A stretch of 64,000 nt of DNA from a bacterium (GTDB lineage Bacteria; Hinthialibacterota; Hinthialibacteria; Hinthialibacterales; Hinthialibacteraceae). Shown in pieces: positions 9,356 to 18,747 of the stretch (positions are counted from its first letter, which is position 1; every line of letters starts with the position of its first letter). The stretch is taken from the NCBI GenBank assembly GCA_963662285.2, contig CAXXMV010000001.1, forward strand, positions 448,001 to 512,000, in the 5' to 3' direction. The position numbers and the translations under genes are program-made. A model generated the notes under the pieces. The model did no database searches. It was not told the origin of the DNA and saw nothing but the letters and a program-made list of their open reading frames with translations.

Positions 9356-12300
9356 CTATGCAGCGATGGATTTTTGGTTCTTTAGGAGTTCACCGATTCG
9401 GGCGGTGAACATCATTAGGGTGCCGGTCTGTGATGAATTGTGCGCGTCACGTCCCAGCAGGTAGATGTTGCCGTCGAATATTTCCATAGCGAAGAAGTCG
9501 CATGAATGAGGCAGGTTGATTGAATTACAGGCCCTTGCGGTGAAATGACCCTGCTCATCCCGTGGGAAAAGGTTGATGCTCAGGTTGCGTCCATCGCGCA
9601 TCGGTTCGACCAGCACGCAGCGTTTTTCTGCGGCGTGCATCAAGGCCTTACCCGAATTGCAGGGCGTTTTGGCGATGGCCTGCCAACGTTTGGCGCTGCT
9701 ATCGTCCTGCTTGTATACCCAGAGGTGATCTATATCTTTCCTGGGGATCCCGGCTATGAGAGGTTCGCATCCCGATGAAAGCGCCGCTATCTGACCACCC
9801 TCCAAAACCAGGGGCAGTTCCCTGCTCCATTTTCCGCTTTTGACATTGGCGGCTGATGCAGACAGTATTTGCTGGCCTTCAGAACCGCTGCCTTGAACCC
9901 ATATCTGGCCTTTGTTATAAAAAAGTCTTTGTATTAATTCTGTATCACTTGGGTAAGGAATCTTCTTGCCTTTGACAGGTTTACCGCCTGAAGGCAACGC
10001 GATTTGCAACGCCTGTTTAGCGTCCTTATCGTCTGTTCCGAAAATAAATAAGTTCTGTTTTCTCATAAGGATATGGGCTTGCTTAAAGGGCTGTTTGACT
10101 GCGGCGACCATCGTCAAAGATTTAGGTTTATCATCTCCCGCATCAAACATCAGTTTAAGAGGCGCCTTATAAATCCGCCCATCCTGATTCATAAGTAGAA
10201 CTGAATTCCCCTGGATTTGCGCGGCGATGGCCTGCGGCTGAAAATAGAGCAGATTTGAATTGCCTTCTCCATTATCAATCTCTTCGATCCATTGCTCGCG
10301 CCAATCGCCTGATTCAATCTCTGGATTAATTAACTCTGCAGGATCATCCTCAGCCTGCGCCAGTTTGGATTTCCGCCTACGCAACCCTTCAGCAAGAATC
10401 ATGGACAGCAGCAAAAGCAATCCAACCATCCACCACCAGGAAGCCTCTTTCTTTTCAGACAATCCAGCAAGAGCCATCATCGCAGCGGCGCTTACATCTT
10501 CGATATCATCAGCAGTAGCAAAACGTATTCGTGAGTTATGTCCCCCGGCGCCTTTAACCGGAACAGCCTTACCCATTGATATGGCCGATCCACCCAGGGC
10601 TTTCATCGACCTATCCGTCAGGTCATCAGGCAATCCTACGGAGGATTCATCGGCTTCGTTTCCCGATGAAGGGTATTCTGGATTTCCACCTTGATCATTT
10701 TGGTCTAGCGTATCCTCATCACTTTTTTCGCTATGTACTGCACCCTCATCTTCAATTCCCTGGGAATTCCCGTTGGCAGATTCCTCATTATCCGGTTGTT
10801 CACTCTTGGATTCTTCAATCTTGGGCTGTCCATTATCATCCTGGTCTGATTTATCTGGTTGATTATTTGTTCCAGAACCTTTATCTCCCGATTTTTCAGC
10901 AGGTTCCCGGTTCTGTTGCTTCATTTTCATTGCTTCCTGATCATCTTTTTCCTTTTTCTCTTCAGCTTCTTCTTCAGAATCATTTTTATCAGAATCACCA
11001 CCACCCGGCGCATTGCCTCTACCTGAAGAATTAGAACCTAAACTGCTTTTAGATGGAGATTCAGGACTACTATCAGATTGATCAGGCGAAGATTTATCAC
11101 CCTTTTCCGTTGGAGAAGCGGGAGAATCATCATTTTCGTCCGGTTGTTGCTGATTTGGTTCTGGCTGGTTTTGAGATGCTTCACTTGGCGATGATTGGTT
11201 TGGTGAATCAGATGGATCGCTATTGTCGGGATTTTTATCTTCCGGCGACTCGGGCTGAGGTTGATCCGGTTCCAAACCTGGTTTGTTAGGAGAATCTTCA
11301 GGTTGCTCTACAGAATCATCATTATTTTCTGGATTTGTTTCAGGATTCTTATTCAGTTGAGGAGAATTGGCTTTATCATCAGGAGATTCAGACTTGTTCG
11401 GATTTTTTTGCGGGGCAGAATCATTCTCTGTGGGAGACGCCGAATCATCATTGTTTGGCGCCGCTTGAGACTCGCTGGCAGGACTCTGTGCGGCTGATTG
11501 ATTGTTATTATTGGCTGGTTTCTGAGAATCACTCTGGTTTGGTGGAGATGCATCCGGCCCGGCATTATTGCTTGGCGCATCGGCTGGCTGACTCGACGCC
11601 GCCTGGGCTGATTGACTTGCTTTTTGGGCGGAAGCGGCTTGATTATTTGAAGTTGCGGCGTCTGTCGATCCTATATCGATAGAGGTAAGAGCATCCGGCC
11701 AGGCTTGGACAAATCCCGTTGGACCAGTGAAACTTAAGCCTAATCCCCCGCCAACGCCCGAACCTGCGCTGCCGCCGCTTTTGGTCTGGTTATTCACCAG
11801 ACCATATTCAACATCGCCAGCTTTATCAAAAGTATAAGTCAATTGAAGATCGGGCAGAATTTTGTTGATGCCGGTTTTATTCTTATAAGAGACTTGATAT
11901 TGGAAAAATCTGCCGCTTTCTTTGAGTTTCACCATCTTTTGAGTTAACGTCTTGCTCCAGGGCGAGTATGGTTTATCAATATCAGGGGTGATGCGGTATT
12001 GAATCTTGATATCCTGGGATTGTTCAATATCCCACGAGAATGCCAATAGAGACGCTTTGCGTTTCAAATCAAACTCACCGATTAAATCTGGAAGTGAGTT
12101 AGAGTTACCTGATGAATCAAGTAACTGATTAGCTTGTATTTGAGATATTTGCTGACTCTGTTCCCATTGAATAAATTTGCCTCCGCCAGTAAATAAGCCT
12201 TGCTGCTTGAGCCAGGTAGAATCCTGCTTCAGAATCACTACAGGATCAGAGCGTTGGTTCAGATAGAATCCCATGACTTCGCCAATAGCATCACTGCTTA

Positions 12301-12769
12301 CAGGCGTCCACCGGGCTTTTTTGGCATCTGCTGATGCGTGATATAAAGTCCAGCCATTAGCTCGTTGGACGAATATCCATATTCGTCCATGAGCAATAAG
12401 CATTGAAGAATAAGCGTCGCCTTGGGGCAGAGCGCCCCATTGCATCGCTGGTTCTTGATCATTTAAACGCTTTGAACGGAAGATTAACGGCGGTTGTGCA
12501 GAATGATCGATGGCAAATTGCCAGGAATAGGTAGTATAAAAGGAACCTGCCTGGGAACTTGGATCGAGAAAATTGTTTGTCTCGCTAACTTTATCACCTG
12601 ATAATTCGGATGGAGAAATATTATCCCCGGTTCCCCAGGCAGGAATGAAATGCTCTGTTTTATAGTGCCGTATATGCTGTATCTCGCCATGAGCTATAGA
12701 AAAAAATGAAATAACGTATAGCATCAAGGCTGAAAACCCAGCCGTACGTAGTCTCAGTATATTCATCAC
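9356..12769 (-). CDS. Large single-pass membrane protein: exported domain, long S/N/Q/D/E/P low-complexity stalk, TM helix, cytoplasmic Kelch-like domain
   Basis: Signal peptide AHG-E; TM WWWMVGLLLLLSMILAEGL followed by RRRK; Kelch-like strands GRIWIF, NLFIFG, GQIWVQG, GNIYLLG. Confidence 0.75.
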   Translation of the reverse strand: MMNILRLRTAGFSALMLYVISFFSIAHGEIQHIRHYKTEHFIPAWGTGDNISPSELSGDKVSETNNFLDPSSQAGSFYTTYSWQFAIDHSAQPPLIFRSKRLNDQEPAMQWGALPQGDAYSSMLIAHGRIWIFVQRANGWTLYHASADAKKARWTPVSSDAIGEVMGFYLNQRSDPVVILKQDSTWLKQQGLFTGGGKFIQWEQSQQISQIQANQLLDSSGNSNSLPDLIGEFDLKRKASLLAFSWDIEQSQDIKIQYRITPDIDKPYSPWSKTLTQKMVKLKESGRFFQYQVSYKNKTGINKILPDLQLTYTFDKAGDVEYGLVNNQTKSGGSAGSGVGGGLGLSFTGPTGFVQAWPDALTSIDIGSTDAATSNNQAASAQKASQSAQAASSQPADAPSNNAGPDASPPNQSDSQKPANNNNQSAAQSPASESQAAPNNDDSASPTENDSAPQKNPNKSESPDDKANSPQLNKNPETNPENNDDSVEQPEDSPNKPGLEPDQPQPESPEDKNPDNSDPSDSPNQSSPSEASQNQPEPNQQQPDENDDSPASPTEKGDKSSPDQSDSSPESPSKSSLGSNSSGRGNAPGGGDSDKNDSEEEAEEKKEKDDQEAMKMKQQNREPAEKSGDKGSGTNNQPDKSDQDDNGQPKIEESKSEQPDNEESANGNSQGIEDEGAVHSEKSDEDTLDQNDQGGNPEYPSSGNEADESSVGLPDDLTDRSMKALGGSAISMGKAVPVKGAGGHNSRIRFATADDIEDVSAAAMMALAGLSEKKEASWWWMVGLLLLLSMILAEGLRRRKSKLAQAEDDPAELINPEIESGDWREQWIEEIDNGEGNSNLLYFQPQAIAAQIQGNSVLLMNQDGRIYKAPLKLMFDAGDDKPKSLTMVAAVKQPFKQAHILMRKQNLFIFGTDDKDAKQALQIALPSGGKPVKGKKIPYPSDTELIQRLFYNKGQIWVQGSGSEGQQILSASAANVKSGKWSRELPLVLEGGQIAALSSGCEPLIAGIPRKDIDHLWVYKQDDSSAKRWQAIAKTPCNSGKALMHAAEKRCVLVEPMRDGRNLSINLFPRDEQGHFTARACNSINLPHSCDFFAMEIFDGNIYLLGRDAHNSSQTGTLMMFTARIGELLKNQKSIAA

Positions 12770-13148
12770 TCAAAACCCCTATGTAGTACATTAGAAGCCA
12801 TTCTCATGCCGAAATGACAAAAAAATACCGGATTTTCACTTAAGTTTATTAAAATCTGCATGTTAAAATCATCTAAATATCTTTATTGAAATTATTTCGT
12901 GATAATTAGTCGTCAAAATGAAGAAATATAAAAGTAATCAGACATGCAAAATGAGAGAAAATGATACTTATAAGAGTAAAGCAATGCTTTCCAGAAAGGT
13001 CAAAATAATTCCAAGCCCTTGCCTGTAATAAATAGTATGAGTAGAGTTTTTGATTATAGCATTGATCAAGAACAGATCTGCGTGTATATTCCCTATTTCC
13101 ATTAAGTATTAGTCAAACAATATCATAATAAACGTGAGATGATCGATA

Positions 13149-13865
13149 ATGAAAAAAAGAATTTATGCAAACTGGTTTACCGTAGTTACGCTCTGCGTCA
13201 TGATTGGCGCCATGTGTTCATGCGACGGGAACAAGGTTAAGAACGATAAAACCGCTGATAATAGCGTAACCGAACAAAAGGTTAGCAAAGATAACGTTCA
13301 GCCAATTGCTGAAAAGGAGCCTACAGTGAAAGAAGAAAAAGTAGAAAAAGTAGAAGAAGTTGCAATCATGGAAACTTCAGTAGGGACAATGGTTCTACGC
13401 TTTTTCCCGGATGTGGCTCCAGGTCATGTTGAAAATTTCAAGAAATTGGCCAAAAAAGGTTTTTATGACGGAACGCGTTTTCATCGCGTAATAGCTGGAT
13501 TCATGATTCAGGGCGGCGACCCCAATTCCAAAGAAGATGATACAAGACGATGGGGAACTGGCAGCCCGGGTTATAGCATCAAAGCCGAATTCAACAATAA
13601 ACCGCATGTCAAAGGAACGTTATCAATGGCGAGAAGCGCCAATCCCGATAGCGCTGGAAGCCAGTTTTTCATTTGTCATGGCCGTGCAGCATCTCTGGAT
13701 AAGCAATATACTGTATTCGGCGAGGTGATGGACGGAATGGATGTTCTGGATGAAATCGCCACATCCCCTGTTACAAGTTCTCCCTCAGGAGAAAAAAGTC
13801 TTCCCATGAGTCCGGTAACCGTAAAAAGCGTGAAGATCATACCGCTTTCAGAATATAAAAAATAG
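13149..13865 (+). CDS. Cyclophilin-type peptidyl-prolyl cis-trans isomerase, lipoprotein
   Basis: FYDGTRFHRVIAGFMIQGGDP, GTLSMARS, SAGSQFFI, YTVFGEV; N-terminal lipobox-like CSC. Confidence 0.95.
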   Translation: MKKRIYANWFTVVTLCVMIGAMCSCDGNKVKNDKTADNSVTEQKVSKDNVQPIAEKEPTVKEEKVEKVEEVAIMETSVGTMVLRFFPDVAPGHVENFKKLAKKGFYDGTRFHRVIAGFMIQGGDPNSKEDDTRRWGTGSPGYSIKAEFNNKPHVKGTLSMARSANPDSAGSQFFICHGRAASLDKQYTVFGEVMDGMDVLDEIATSPVTSSPSGEKSLPMSPVTVKSVKIIPLSEYKK

Positions 13866-13933
13866 TCGTAGTATTACATTATTATTGTAATAATCTGTAC
13901 GTTGTCTATTTGATAACTAGAATCGAAGAAATC

Positions 13934-14202
13934 GGGTGTGCTAAGCGGGGAATTAGCGGCGTCCTATATCTGCAATCCGCTCTAGCAGAGCTGAATTCCC
14001 TTTCTTCGGGGCGCGGCTGTGAGGCTGCGCTGCATAAGGAGTGTTGACGGCAGGGTCCCATGCGATGTAAGTTCGTGAATTAGGTCAGGTCCGAAAGGAA
14101 GCAGCCTTAAGCGGTTTCTTACATGTGCTTTGGGATTACCCGGCTTGAGCCACCTGTGCAGTGGCGCTTGGAACTGTTGCTTCAACGAAAGGGTGCACAC
14201 CC
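13934..14202 (+). ncRNA. ffs: Signal recognition particle RNA, large (Alu-domain) bacterial type
   Basis: Helix 8 motif TCAGGTCC-GAAA-GGAAGCAGC; 5' GGGTGTGC pairs with 3' GCACACCC; about 269 nt; directly upstream of dnaX. Confidence 0.92.
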
Positions 14203-14273
14203 CTTAAAAAATATTGTTTAACTGATGCTGGATTCATTAATCTTTGATTCAATCTGGCCGGACAGAATCCCTC

Positions 14274-16148
14274 ATGGCGTCAACCGAATTTATTGTATCT
14301 GCCATAAAACACCGCCCGACGACTTTCGCCGAAGTTCTTGCGCAAGATCATATCACCCGTACGCTTCAACATAGCCTGGAACGCGGCCAGATCGCGAATG
14401 CCTACCTCTTTTCGGGGCCTCGCGGCACGGGCAAAACCACTACTGCCCGGATTCTCACCAAAGCGCTGAATTGCGAAAATCTAACAAACGGCGAACCCTG
14501 CAATAAATGCGATTCATGCCGTATGAATACTAAAGGGATACATCCTGATGTTTTGGAGATCGACGCCGCTTCAAACACCGGCGTGGAAAATATCCGTGAA
14601 CTGCGCGAAAACGCACGATTTAGTCCGTCGATCGGGAAATACAAGATATACATCATCGACGAATGCCACATGCTTTCAACTCAGGCAAATAATGCTCTGC
14701 TGAAGACGCTGGAAGAACCTCCTAGCCATTGCCGGTTTATTTTCGCCACTACCGAAATCCAGAAAATTCTGCCTACTATCCTTTCACGTTGTCAACGATT
14801 TCCATTCCGCCGGATTCCCGCACAGATTATTGTTGACCACCTGAAAAGCATATTGACGCAACAAGACGAACTGGAATTCGCCGATCCTTCTCAATTGGAA
14901 CAGATTCTGTTTTTGTTGGCCCGGTCATCAGAAGGATGTCTGCGCGACGCGCTTTTCGCCCTTGATCAACTACTGGCCTTTTGTTCTGGCAAACTGGATT
15001 TAGCAGAAGTTGAAGAGATCATGGGCGCTATTGAATTTGATCGGCTGGATCAATATATCCGGGCGATTATTCAACATAACTTGCCCGTCATATTAGAAAT
15101 TATCGAGAAACTCACAAATCAGGGCAAAGAAATATCGCTTTTTTTATCTGAGTGTTTGCAATATCTCAGGAATTTAGCAGTGATTAAGATTGCTCCTAAA
15201 AACACTGACCTTCTTGACCTGCCTGATGAATACCGTAAGCAACTAACTGATACAGCATCACTTACATCTCTGGAACAGATTTTATACATCACTGATCAAC
15301 TTTGGGATACTGAACAGCGCATTCGAAACTCATCAATGGGACGCTTGATTATTGAACTGGCTTCAATCAAAGCTGCCAAAGCGGGTCAAGCTGTTAAAAT
15401 CGAAGACTTGTTAGAAAAATTATCCTCCGGAGAATTTACCAGCGGATCTGTTATTGAGTTTTCAACGCCAGCAGCTTCAGCTGAACCAGCTGTAGTTGCT
15501 CCTCCAGTATCGACGCCCATTACGGCGCCTGCTCCGAAGCCAATCGTTTCTCCTGCGCCTGTAGTCGAAGAACCTATCGATGATTCGGCGCCCCCTCTGG
15601 AAGCGTATGAAGAAACTCCATTCAGGGATGACGAATTTCAAGATTCACCGTCACTGACCGATGAAGAAGAAGATTTACAGCCAACAGTCGATGAAATAGA
15701 TGAATCAACTCCTCAACCAAGCAAAAGCCAGGTTGGCGAAGTAGGATCGCTCAGTACGATGTGGAACCAATTTTTGCATGAGTTGGATGATCCGATGCTG
15801 GCGGGAGCGCTGGAAGGCAGCGTTGCGCTGGAATTTACCAATGAATTATTACGTATTGCCATTCCTTCAGATCATGCTTATAGTCTCAGGACGTTGGAAC
15901 GTCCCAATAATCGCACCAAACTTACTGAGATATTATCAAAATCGTTTGGTACATCATTGACGATTCGCTATGAACAGAGCGATGAATTGAACCAAATCAA
16001 TCAAAAACACGCTCAGCCCGCTGCTGTCGAACCGGTAGTTTCCCGGCAGGAATTGATGGAACAGGTGCAACAAAACAAAATTTTCAGTAAACTAATGGAA
16101 GAAATGCCTGGCAGAGTTATTAATATCAGACCGGTTGAATCAAAATAA
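14274..16148 (+). CDS. dnaX: DNA polymerase III subunit gamma/tau
   Basis: AYLFSGPRGTGKTT, Zn motif C..PCNKCDSC, EIDAAS, IIDECHML, TILSRCQ; ATG 14274 preferred over TTG 14244. Confidence 0.97.
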   Translation: MASTEFIVSAIKHRPTTFAEVLAQDHITRTLQHSLERGQIANAYLFSGPRGTGKTTTARILTKALNCENLTNGEPCNKCDSCRMNTKGIHPDVLEIDAASNTGVENIRELRENARFSPSIGKYKIYIIDECHMLSTQANNALLKTLEEPPSHCRFIFATTEIQKILPTILSRCQRFPFRRIPAQIIVDHLKSILTQQDELEFADPSQLEQILFLLARSSEGCLRDALFALDQLLAFCSGKLDLAEVEEIMGAIEFDRLDQYIRAIIQHNLPVILEIIEKLTNQGKEISLFLSECLQYLRNLAVIKIAPKNTDLLDLPDEYRKQLTDTASLTSLEQILYITDQLWDTEQRIRNSSMGRLIIELASIKAAKAGQAVKIEDLLEKLSSGEFTSGSVIEFSTPAASAEPAVVAPPVSTPITAPAPKPIVSPAPVVEEPIDDSAPPLEAYEETPFRDDEFQDSPSLTDEEEDLQPTVDEIDESTPQPSKSQVGEVGSLSTMWNQFLHELDDPMLAGALEGSVALEFTNELLRIAIPSDHAYSLRTLERPNNRTKLTEILSKSFGTSLTIRYEQSDELNQINQKHAQPAAVEPVVSRQELMEQVQQNKIFSKLMEEMPGRVINIRPVESK

Positions 16149-16193
16149 TTGGCTGACTAAAACATCTGTCCTAAAGGTTAAGGAGCGGTTTTC

Positions 16194-16526
16194 ATGAAAG
16201 GTCTAGGAAATTTAGGCAATATAGCTAATATGATGAAACAAGCCCAGCAGATGCAACAGAAACTGGGCGACTTAAAAGAAGAACTCGAACGAGAAGAAAT
16301 AAGCGCCAGCTCTGGCGGCGGTATGATAACCGTAACCATGAATGGCAAACAAAAACTTACTTCGATCAAGATTGATCCCGAAATTATTAAATCCGATGAC
16401 GCCGCCATGCTGGAAGATTTGATTTTGGTCGCCATCAATGAGGCTCAAGACCGCGTGCAGGAGATGGTCAAAGAACGTATGAGTTCCATCACCGGCGGCA
16501 TCCCCATCCCCGGAATAACCACATGA
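16194..16526 (+). CDS. ybaB: YbaB/EbfC nucleoid-associated protein
   Basis: MKQAQQMQ, SGGGMITVTMNG, LEDLILVAINEA; conserved dnaX-ybaB-recR order. Confidence 0.95.
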   Translation: MKGLGNLGNIANMMKQAQQMQQKLGDLKEELEREEISASSGGGMITVTMNGKQKLTSIKIDPEIIKSDDAAMLEDLILVAINEAQDRVQEMVKERMSSITGGIPIPGITT

Positions 16527-17149
16527 GCAATAATCAATTCGACCGAAATCGTCCACTATCCTGGATGCCAGCCGTCGAAATGGTATCCAAACAGTTGGCA
16601 AAATTGCCGGGCATTGGTCCACGAATGGCGCAACGCTTAACCTTCGCCCTTCTGAAACGCGGCAAAACTGAGATCGGCGATCTGGCTGACGCACTGATTC
16701 TTTTAAGGGACGAAATCCGGTTGTGCTCGACTTGCGGCAATTACGCTCAGTCAGATCCCTGCCCTATCTGTCAGGGACAGGGACGCGAGATGGAACTGAT
16801 TTGCGTCGTCGAACAACCTCAGGATATGCTGGCCATCGAACGGACGGGGAAATACCGGGGGCTATATCATATACTGGGGGGAGCGTTGTCGCCGATTGAC
16901 GGTATCGGCCCCGACGAGATAGGCGTTCCGAAACTGATCAACCGCATCAAACAACCAATAAGCGAAGTGATCCTCGCCACTAACCCTACTATGGAAGGCG
17001 ACGCCACCGCCATCTACCTGCAAGACGCGCTTAAAGAAAAAGGCATTAGAGTAACACGTCTGGCGCGCGGCCTACCCTCCGGCAGCGACCTGGAATACGC
17101 CGACGAGACCACATTAGCTATGGCTTTCTCAAGTCGACGGGAATTATGA
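16523..17149 (+). CDS. recR: Recombination mediator RecR
   Basis: LPGIGPRMAQRL, C4 zinc finger, CVVEQPQD, YHILGG, EVILATNPTMEGDATA, LEYADETTL. Confidence 0.97.
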   Translation: MSNNQFDRNRPLSWMPAVEMVSKQLAKLPGIGPRMAQRLTFALLKRGKTEIGDLADALILLRDEIRLCSTCGNYAQSDPCPICQGQGREMELICVVEQPQDMLAIERTGKYRGLYHILGGALSPIDGIGPDEIGVPKLINRIKQPISEVILATNPTMEGDATAIYLQDALKEKGIRVTRLARGLPSGSDLEYADETTLAMAFSSRREL

Positions 17150-17468
17150 GCTGGGTGTTTTGGTTCTAACTGGGAGAATACTGATTAATCCTTATATCTC
17201 AATTTTTCACTATTTTTGTTTTTTTTTTCTTCTTGGGGAGGAAAAGCATCCGCACCTTGTGAACATCGCCCCCTCCCATTTCCCGTACGTCCAGAAACAC
17301 ATTTTGCTGGAGGATCAGGCCAAGGCCCCGGAGGCTTTACCATAAACAATTCCCTCGAGAACGCAGCCTTATATGATTTATCTTTATTTTTTTTTGTCAT
17401 GATTCATCTTTTTCAGATAATGATCCACGTTTTTTTTCTATCTTCATTATAACATTTATTCAGAGTCT

Positions 17469-17522
17469 TTTTTGTCTGAATCTGGATAGCCAGGATGAAT
17501 AGGATATTCAGGATATTTTTTT
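17469..17522 (+). repeat. Short dispersed repeat (GTCTGAATC...GGAT) copy 1
   Basis: TTTTGTCTGAATCTGGATAGCCAGGATGAATAGGATATTCAGGATATTTT resembles 53134-53183. Confidence 0.6.
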
Positions 17523-17630
17523 AATTTGGTGATTATGATAGCATAGTTTTAACAACTAATCTCTTTTACATAATCCAAATTTCTGGTTCAATAAACCTAC
17601 CTGAATAGTCATAGCATATTGGAGCGTTAA

Positions 17631-18710
17631 ATGAAACTCAAAGAGTTGATTGGCCTGATAGAGCATGCGGTTCCTTTGGATTGGGCATTACCCAAAGACC
17701 CTGTCGGGTTGCATGTGGGCGACCCTGATCAGGAAGTGAAACGGGTATATGTTGGATTAGAAGTCTCCAGCGATTTTCTGAAAAAAGCGATCAGAAACAA
17801 AGCGGATATGCTGCTGGTGCATCATCCATTGATCTTCCAACCTTTAAAACGCCTGGTTGAAAACGATCCCGTGCAACGCTTGATACGGGAAATAGTTAAA
17901 CATGACCTGGCGCTATATGCAGCGCATACCAACCTAGACCTGCATCCAGAAGGCATGGCCAAAATCTGGGCGCAAAAGCTGGGATGCAGCACGATGCATC
18001 CATTAGCCAACAAACCACAGGGACGCCAACTGAAGATAACCACTTATGTTCCAGAAGACCATCTGCATTCAATCCGGGATGCGCTTGGCAAAGCAGGCGC
18101 AGGAGTTATCGGTGAATATGATCAATGTTCTTTCAGCGTCCAAGGAGAGGGAACCTTTCGAGGTTCAGAGCATTCAAATCCATTTATCGGCAATGCCGGA
18201 GTATTTGAAAAAGCGGCGGAAATAAGATTGGAAATGCTTCTGCCGGAACGGGCTAAATGGTCTGTTGTCAAAGCGCTTTATGCGGCTCACCCTTATGATG
18301 AACCGGCTTATGAACTATATATACTGGATGAATTTCGCGATTTGAATCAGGCGGTATGGATAGCGCAATTTGACAAGAAACTGAGTTGGGACGATTTCAT
18401 CAACCGCGTCAGCCACAGCATACCCAATTCTGAGTTCATCTCAGAAATGCGCCCGGATAAAAGAAAACGTATTCAGCAGATCGCTATTTCAACGGGAAGC
18501 GGAAGTTCGCTTGTTTCTTTAGCCGCCAATTTGGGAGTTGATGCTTATCTGACGGGAGAAGTGGGTTACCACCAATTGTGGGAAGCTAATGAGTCGGGTT
18601 TGAATACTGTTGTGGTTGGACATGGTCAAAGTGAGTCGTTTTTTGCAGAGACCATAATACCAATCGTGGATAAATTCACGGAAAATATAACATGGATTGG
18701 TGAAAGTTAG
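17631..18710 (+). CDS. Nif3-like dinuclear metal centre protein (YqfO type, with inserted PII-like domain)
   Basis: DPVGLHVG, VHHPLIF, YAAHTNLD, GAGVIGEYDQCSF, AHPYDEPAY, YLTGEV, GHGQSE. Confidence 0.92.
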   Translation: MKLKELIGLIEHAVPLDWALPKDPVGLHVGDPDQEVKRVYVGLEVSSDFLKKAIRNKADMLLVHHPLIFQPLKRLVENDPVQRLIREIVKHDLALYAAHTNLDLHPEGMAKIWAQKLGCSTMHPLANKPQGRQLKITTYVPEDHLHSIRDALGKAGAGVIGEYDQCSFSVQGEGTFRGSEHSNPFIGNAGVFEKAAEIRLEMLLPERAKWSVVKALYAAHPYDEPAYELYILDEFRDLNQAVWIAQFDKKLSWDDFINRVSHSIPNSEFISEMRPDKRKRIQQIAISTGSGSSLVSLAANLGVDAYLTGEVGYHQLWEANESGLNTVVVGHGQSESFFAETIIPIVDKFTENITWIGES

Positions 18711-18747
18711 TGAGGTGTACGCAAGCAATACAATAATAAACTTGATA

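Noticed and set aside
13982-14200. 72-aa minus-strand ORF
   Set aside because: Antisense to the SRP RNA gene; shadow ORF
14274-16148. Programmed -1 frameshift producing a gamma subunit in dnaX
   Set aside because: No A-AAA-AAG heptamer or long A run found in the linker region
17185-17400. 71-aa minus-strand ORF
   Set aside because: Low-complexity Lys/Asn ends around a GC-rich patch and no recognisable fold; more likely a repeat relic, though not excluded
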